Shown: one piece after another, positions 59,061 to 64,000 of the stretch
How positions within the stretch are numbered: the stretch's first letter is position 1
Layout: the number at the start of each line of letters is the position of its first letter
NCBI GenBank assembly: GCA_002793915.1
Contig: PFEF01000005.1
Location: 7,571-71,570 of the forward strand
Length of the DNA stretch: 64,000 nucleotides
Direction of reading: 5' to 3'
Source: Candidatus Ryanbacteria bacterium CG10_big_fil_rev_8_21_14_0_10_43_42
GTDB taxonomy: Bacteria > Patescibacteriota > Minisyncoccia > Ryanbacterales > 2-02-FULL-48-12
Translations under genes and position numbers: made by a program
Notes under the pieces: generated by a model
The model's database searches: none
Told to the model about the DNA's origin: nothing
The model's input: the letters and a program-made list of their open reading frames with translations, nothing else

Positions 59061-59828
59061 ATGAAATTAAAATATATGGAGAATGTATATATGCTTTTCT
59101 CGTGGAAGGACATACGGGTGGGATTAGTGGCATTTTTAGTGGCAGCAGTTTTCTTTGTCGCTATAAGTGTTTGGGCTACAACAATTGGCACTAATATTGA
59201 CGCAACGGGCACGCTCGGAGCGGCTACAAGTACGCCATGGGGCACGCTTGCCGTTGAACAGCGGGCTGATCAAGGTGAGCTAAAACCGGTATTTGTTGTA
59301 GGGGATTCCGGCACAAGTTCGCCGGCTATATTTGTATCGCAAAAAGGGGTGGTGAGTTTTGGTTCGTCGACACCAACAGCTACACTCCTTAATTTAGGAG
59401 ATGTGGCCATTGGGCGTAATGGATCAACGAATGATGTATATATTTCCGGCGGATTAGGTGTTGGGAATGCTACTACTACGGATGGAAATCTTGAAGTAAA
59501 CGGTCGGACGCTTACCGCGACTTTAGCAGTGGGTACCGGCAATGGTAATGTGGTAGACAGAATGGTGCATGGCACCTGTACGGTTAATCCGCCGAGTTTA
59601 TCTGCCGGAGATACGGGACATGCCGCTTGTACGGATGCCACAGGCGTTACGGCAAGTGACCGTGTTCTTACCGGCGTGGAAGGTTCTGCATGGCTTGATG
59701 ATGTGGTTATTACGGCGGCATCATCAACGGCGGCAGATACGATCAATTTTGTGTTCAAAAATACATCCACAACAACAATTCGTGATATCGCAAGTGGGGT
59801 TCATATTTATTACTTCGGCACACAATAA
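59061..59828 (+). CDS. hypothetical secreted Gly/Thr-rich protein with N-terminal TM anchor
   Basis: 255 aa. No recognised domain. Confidence 0.5.
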   Translation: MKLKYMENVYMLFSWKDIRVGLVAFLVAAVFFVAISVWATTIGTNIDATGTLGAATSTPWGTLAVEQRADQGELKPVFVVGDSGTSSPAIFVSQKGVVSFGSSTPTATLLNLGDVAIGRNGSTNDVYISGGLGVGNATTTDGNLEVNGRTLTATLAVGTGNGNVVDRMVHGTCTVNPPSLSAGDTGHAACTDATGVTASDRVLTGVEGSAWLDDVVITAASSTAADTINFVFKNTSTTTIRDIASGVHIYYFGTQ

Positions 59829-59840
59829 TATACAACAAGT

Positions 59841-61142
59841 ATGATAATACAAGTACGTAATACTTTTGTTGGCACGCAAATTACGTGGTGGCTGGGGGCA
59901 GTGTTTTTAGTAGCGACTCTTTTTGGGGCGCGGTGGGCCGATGCGATAACAACAAGTCAGGACGTTACGCTTCAAGCCGCAACCGGCGGGGATGTTACCA
60001 TGATTTCGGGATCGTCATTCGATACGCTTACCACCAGTGGAAATTTCTTCACCTTTACATTATCAGGTGCACAATCTGTTACATTGCGTGATAGCGACAA
60101 ACATATAATGAAAACGAATGTGAGCGACCTAACGTTTACATGTAATGAGGGCAACTCCGAGCTTGTGATTTCAGCGTCAGATGCGGCAAGTATTCAGGTT
60201 TCAATAGAAGGGTTTTCCTGTGGAGGCGGTCCTGGAGGGGGTGGTTCCGGCGGCGGAAGTTCTTCCGGCAGCAGTTCATCTTCTACTACAGATACAACAT
60301 CTACCGCAACAACAGAAACAGCAGATGATTCCACAACAACTGTGGCGGATACTACAACAACAGACGATAGCCGATTAAGCGGTACGGGAACAGCAGCTGC
60401 ACTCGAAGCGGCCGGCTCTGACTCATCGCCGATAACTACTAGCAATAATATTTCAACGGCAGGCAGGTTTCCTGATATTCTTAAGCTTTCACGCGGACTT
60501 GATATAGGTTCTGAAGGGAATGATGTACGTTCTTTACAGGAAGCGCTTGCCAGTATGCCGGATTTGTATCCGGAAGGGATAGTATCGGGATATTACGGCT
60601 CTCTTACCCGAGCGGCAATAGCGGCGTTTCAGATGAAATATGGCGTTGTTAGTTCCGCCAATGATGCGGGGTATGGATACGTAGGACCAATGACGCGCGC
60701 AAAGCTGATAGAAGTATTCGGAGGGAGCGGTAGTGTCACTAGCGGCTCTATTACCTCTACCGGGCCGGTACTCAACTCATCATTTACGTTTACACGGGAG
60801 CTCCAGTTGGGGGACGAAAATAATGATGTTTTGCAATTACAAACATTTCTTGCGGGCGATGCATCTCTTTATCCGGAAGGGATAGTGTCAGGATACTATG
60901 GTTCACTTACCCAAGCGGCAGTGCGCCGGTTCCAGGCAAAGTACGGCATTAGCCAAGTGGGGCGTGTCGGACCGCAGACAATGGCAAAATTGAACGAGGT
61001 TATGGGATCGTCAGGAAACGCGCCCTCCACTACTAATGGGAGCACGGACGATACGGCGGAGGCGGCCGCACTAAAGAGTCAGATAGAACAACTGCAGGAC
61101 ATGATCGGCTCTCTAAACGCACAACTAGGAACAGATCAATAG
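59841..61142 (+). CDS. secreted protein with two PG_binding_1-like domains and C-terminal coiled coil
   Basis: 433 aa. Two copies of GNDVRSLQEALA...YPEGIVSGYYGSLTRAAIAAFQMKYG. G/S/T low-complexity linker. C-terminal EAAALKSQIEQLQDMIGSLNAQL. Confidence 0.65.
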   Translation: MIIQVRNTFVGTQITWWLGAVFLVATLFGARWADAITTSQDVTLQAATGGDVTMISGSSFDTLTTSGNFFTFTLSGAQSVTLRDSDKHIMKTNVSDLTFTCNEGNSELVISASDAASIQVSIEGFSCGGGPGGGGSGGGSSSGSSSSSTTDTTSTATTETADDSTTTVADTTTTDDSRLSGTGTAAALEAAGSDSSPITTSNNISTAGRFPDILKLSRGLDIGSEGNDVRSLQEALASMPDLYPEGIVSGYYGSLTRAAIAAFQMKYGVVSSANDAGYGYVGPMTRAKLIEVFGGSGSVTSGSITSTGPVLNSSFTFTRELQLGDENNDVLQLQTFLAGDASLYPEGIVSGYYGSLTQAAVRRFQAKYGISQVGRVGPQTMAKLNEVMGSSGNAPSTTNGSTDDTAEAAALKSQIEQLQDMIGSLNAQLGTDQ

Positions 61143-61154
61143 AATATACGAGAA

Positions 61155-61185
61155 AAACCCCTGCTTTAAAAAGTGGGGTTTTTTG
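61155..61185 (+). terminator. Rho-independent terminator
   Basis: aaccccN13ggggtt followed by TTTTTTG. Confidence 0.55.
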
Positions 61186-61270
61186 TGTAGAATAATACTT
61201 TCCTATATTTGAGAACGTGATATACTGTTTTTAGAGGGGGGTTAGTAATATAAGACTAATCTCTTTTTTT

Positions 61271-62803
61271 ATGTCTCGATTTGTAATTTCTCTCATAATT
61301 TTTGCATTCCCAGCACTTGTTTCGGCAGATGTTTTTATAAATGAAATCGCTTGGATGGGAAATGGGAACTCGGCAAATGATGAATTTATTGAACTTTATA
61401 ATAATGGTGGAAATACGGTTAATCTTGAAGGATGGTCTCTTGTCGCGGGTGACGGTTCTCCTAATATAGTGCTTTCAGGAACTATTTCTGCAAAGGGATA
61501 TTTTTTATTGGAAAGATCCGACGACGATTCCGTTCCCGGTACTTCGGCAGATATTATATACGCGGGCGCTCTTGGGAATAGCGGCGAACATCTCACGCTC
61601 ATGAACTCAAGCGGTGTTTCTATCGATGCGCTTTCCTATGGAGACGGATGGCCGGCGGGGGACAATACAACAAAGGAAACCATGCAACGCACATCGTCCG
61701 GTGCATGGATAACGGCGGTCCCCACTCCGCGGACGGCGAATATCGTTACCACCGAAGAGAGTAAAGAAGAAACAACGGAACAGAATAATATGTCTTATGA
61801 TGCATCCAATGAATCCGGTAATACAGCATACATTCCCCCCGAAAAATTACCGCACATTACTGTTTATGCGGGGAAGGATAGAACTGTAATTGCGGGAGAA
61901 AGAATATTATTTGACGGATCGGCATTTGGTCTCGAGGGTGAGCATCTTGAAAATGCCCGGTATGTGTGGAGTTTTGGAGATGCGCAGGTGCGTGAGGGAA
62001 AAAAAGTTCCCTATGAATATATGCATCCGGGGTCATATATAGTTCGTCTTACCGTTTCTTCGGGTAAGTTTAGTGCGATAGATGATATGCGTATTACGGT
62101 TGTTGCCGGGGAAATTGCATTAAGTGAAATAAAACCCGGCGCGGATGGGTGGATTGAGATTGTTAATAATGAGTCGAGGGATGTGCATTTGGGGGGATGG
62201 ATACTGAAAACACGTTCATCGCCGGCAACAACGTTTATTCTTCCCTCCGGCATGCTTATTGCAGGGAATAGCCATATTGTATTACTAAATACAACAACGC
62301 ATCTTTCTTTTACGGAGGCGGGTGGATTGGTTACGGCATCCTATCCGAATGGTACAATATTTGACAGCATATCATATGCCATGTACGTTCCGCCCGATAA
62401 GAGTATTTCAAAAGACAATACGTTCATAATGCTTACCAATCCAACGCCGGGTAGGGTAAATGGCATTGATGGCACGGAACAAGACATGAAGATTAGGGAG
62501 GAAAATACGGGAGCCATAAAGTCTAAGGAAAAAAACGAAGAGAAAAATATACAAAGTGTAGAAAACATAAAACAAAACGAGGAGAACAAGAAAATAACAT
62601 CAGAAAAGGAAAATACACAGAGTGAAGAGTTTCGTCCATTATCAGCAACGGTATATGATAGCGGAGGAAGCGGCGGCCCTTTATCCGTTACGTTTCGCTC
62701 CTTACTTATTAGTATGGGAATCGGTGTGGGCGTAGCTATTCTTGCTTTGATTGCGAAGAAACGGCTTCATCCTGATATAACGCGGTTGTCCGGTCAAGCA
62801 TAG
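61271..62803 (+). CDS. lamin-tail-domain (LTD) protein with C-terminal TM anchor
   Basis: 510 aa. Two LTD-like segments (DVFINEIAWMGNGNSANDEFIELYNNGGNTVNLEGWSL; IALSEIKPGADGWIEIVNNESRDVHLGGWIL) and a C-terminal hydrophobic anchor. Its 3' end overlaps the convergent GT4 gene by 68 nt. Confidence 0.6.
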   Translation: MSRFVISLIIFAFPALVSADVFINEIAWMGNGNSANDEFIELYNNGGNTVNLEGWSLVAGDGSPNIVLSGTISAKGYFLLERSDDDSVPGTSADIIYAGALGNSGEHLTLMNSSGVSIDALSYGDGWPAGDNTTKETMQRTSSGAWITAVPTPRTANIVTTEESKEETTEQNNMSYDASNESGNTAYIPPEKLPHITVYAGKDRTVIAGERILFDGSAFGLEGEHLENARYVWSFGDAQVREGKKVPYEYMHPGSYIVRLTVSSGKFSAIDDMRITVVAGEIALSEIKPGADGWIEIVNNESRDVHLGGWILKTRSSPATTFILPSGMLIAGNSHIVLLNTTTHLSFTEAGGLVTASYPNGTIFDSISYAMYVPPDKSISKDNTFIMLTNPTPGRVNGIDGTEQDMKIREENTGAIKSKEKNEEKNIQSVENIKQNEENKKITSEKENTQSEEFRPLSATVYDSGGSGGPLSVTFRSLLISMGIGVGVAILALIAKKRLHPDITRLSGQA

Positions 62804-63914
62804 TATTAAATGAAAACATGTCGCAAACATGCGCATGTAATGTTTTTGCCAAATGTATGCGTAAATCGGGACGCGAGAGAAGGCGTATAAGGGCAAAGGA
62901 AAGATCGGTGGAAGATGCCGGATCTACCAAGAGGCCATGAGTTTCGTGTTCAATAATATCGGGTATCCCGCCGACACGAGACGCAATAACCGGTATTTCT
63001 GCAAGTCCCGCTTCGAGGATGGTATAAGGAAGGCCCTCCTTAAGGGAAGGAAGGACAAATATATCAAATGCTTTCAAGTAGGGTGCGGCGGGAGAGAGGG
63101 AAATAAATAAAACAGACTCTTCTACGCCGAAATCTTTGCTTTTTTTTCTTAAATCCTCCTCATCCTCACCCCAACCTATGAGCACCAATTTTGTTTCCGG
63201 AAATTTTTGAAGAATGTCTCTGTACGCCCGCAGTAGGTATAAGATACCTTTATTTGCCGTCCATTCGGCAATACAGCCAATAACCAAAACGGAAGGATCT
63301 ACGCCGAGTTTTTGGCGGACTTGCTCTCTGGACATAAATTCAGGGGGAATAATACCATTTTGTATAAGCGTAACTTTTTGGGCGGGAGCAATGTTATACG
63401 AAAGTGTTGCCGCTTTATCTTTTTGGGAAATAACGATAAGAACATCCTGAAACCGTGCCGTAAGGCGGCTTGCGAGGCGCCGCAGAAAAAGATCCCACGC
63501 GGGACGATGTTCTAAAAATGCCCAACCATGTACGGTAAATAGTGTTTTTGGCCGGTTCCCCGTAAGAAGTCGGTAGATGAAAACGGCAACTCCCGTAAGA
63601 CCGCCGGCTTTTGAACTGTTTGCATGTACGACGTGAGGGTGAAATTCATATAAAATGGAGAGAAGTTCAAAAAGAGCCCCTATTTCTTTGAAGGGATTTA
63701 CGGATTTCTGAAAATTCTCCACATCAAACGTGGAAATATTGGCGTCTTCGAGTCTTTTGGCAAGATCGCCCGTTCCTCCCAGGGCAACTGCTACATCATA
63801 TGTTTCTATGTCTGCATGAGTCGCGAGATCATATACATATTTACCTGCGCCGCCCCATACCGATTTTGTTATAACGTAAAGAACGCGTATTCTTTTGTGA
63901 GGGTTGTCTTCCAT
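62736..63914 (-). CDS. GT4-family (GT-B) glycosyltransferase
   Basis: 392 aa. E..PYTILEAGLAEIPVIASRVGGIPDII is the EX7E motif region. N-terminal GT4_N-like domain. Confidence 0.8.
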   Translation of the reverse strand: MEDNPHKRIRVLYVITKSVWGGAGKYVYDLATHADIETYDVAVALGGTGDLAKRLEDANISTFDVENFQKSVNPFKEIGALFELLSILYEFHPHVVHANSSKAGGLTGVAVFIYRLLTGNRPKTLFTVHGWAFLEHRPAWDLFLRRLASRLTARFQDVLIVISQKDKAATLSYNIAPAQKVTLIQNGIIPPEFMSREQVRQKLGVDPSVLVIGCIAEWTANKGILYLLRAYRDILQKFPETKLVLIGWGEDEEDLRKKSKDFGVEESVLFISLSPAAPYLKAFDIFVLPSLKEGLPYTILEAGLAEIPVIASRVGGIPDIIEHETHGLLVDPASSTDLSFALIRLLSRPDLRIHLAKTLHAHVCDMFSFNTMLDRTTALYQDEAVSSQSKQE

Positions 63915-64000
63915 AAATAAATGGTATACTAATCATATCATACACACTTTAGGATAAGGATGGAAAAAAGCAAAAAAGGTATTATTATATTTTCAACGGC

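Noticed and set aside
62011-62589. Minus-strand ORFs inside the LTD gene and the overlapping 3' ends of the LTD and GT4 genes
   Set aside because: The internal ORFs are antisense artefacts. The 68-nt convergent overlap of the two real genes is noted, but could reflect a slightly earlier true stop or start choice rather than a functional feature.
1-64000. Search for CRISPR arrays, IS elements, transposase, integrase and toxin-antitoxin pairs
   Set aside because: No regularly spaced short repeats, no terminal inverted repeats flanking an ORF, and no DDE, tyrosine or serine recombinase motifs were recognised. The only repeats found are the 66-bp pair and the intragenic protein repeats.

Overview
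The gene content of this 64-kb window points to a reduced, CPR/Patescibacteria-like bacterial genome; GC content is about 45%. The central ~30 kb is conserved housekeeping: gyrA, rpsA, a compact mfd, pth, lepB, hisS, a HIT-family gene, rpsU, yqeY, ybeY, ftsA, ftsZ, RNase P RNA, murJ, lepA, ftsB, tRNA-Gly/Thr/Gln, prfB, ftsE and ftsX. Four accessory regions flank it. (1) An operon-like array of six divergent paralogous small membrane proteins with VirB2/TrbC-pilin-like architecture. Next to it lie a gene encoding a secreted protein of eight tandem four-cysteine ~80-aa repeats and a pilin-like domain fused to a VirB1/IagB-like lytic transglycosylase domain. (2) A compositionally heterogeneous islet downstream of tRNA-Gln. 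It holds an AT-rich hydrolase gene, two near-identical 66-bp direct repeats, and an operon of DsbA, a membrane protein with a CxxC motif, a cysteine-rich secreted protein and a Met/His-rich secreted protein. (3) A reductive thiol-redox and repair block: ccdA, a TlpA-like gene, xth and msrA. An AT-rich islet holding tag lies divergent from lexA. (4) A cell-surface cluster: a 1212-aa coiled-coil/peptidoglycan-binding/Ser-Thr-rich protein, a TPR protein, a double peptidoglycan-binding protein, a lamin-tail-domain protein and a GT4 glycosyltransferase. I found no CRISPR array, IS element or integrase. Many ORFs in the six-frame track are antisense or frame artefacts; in particular, ORFs lying over rnpB and the tRNAs are spurious.
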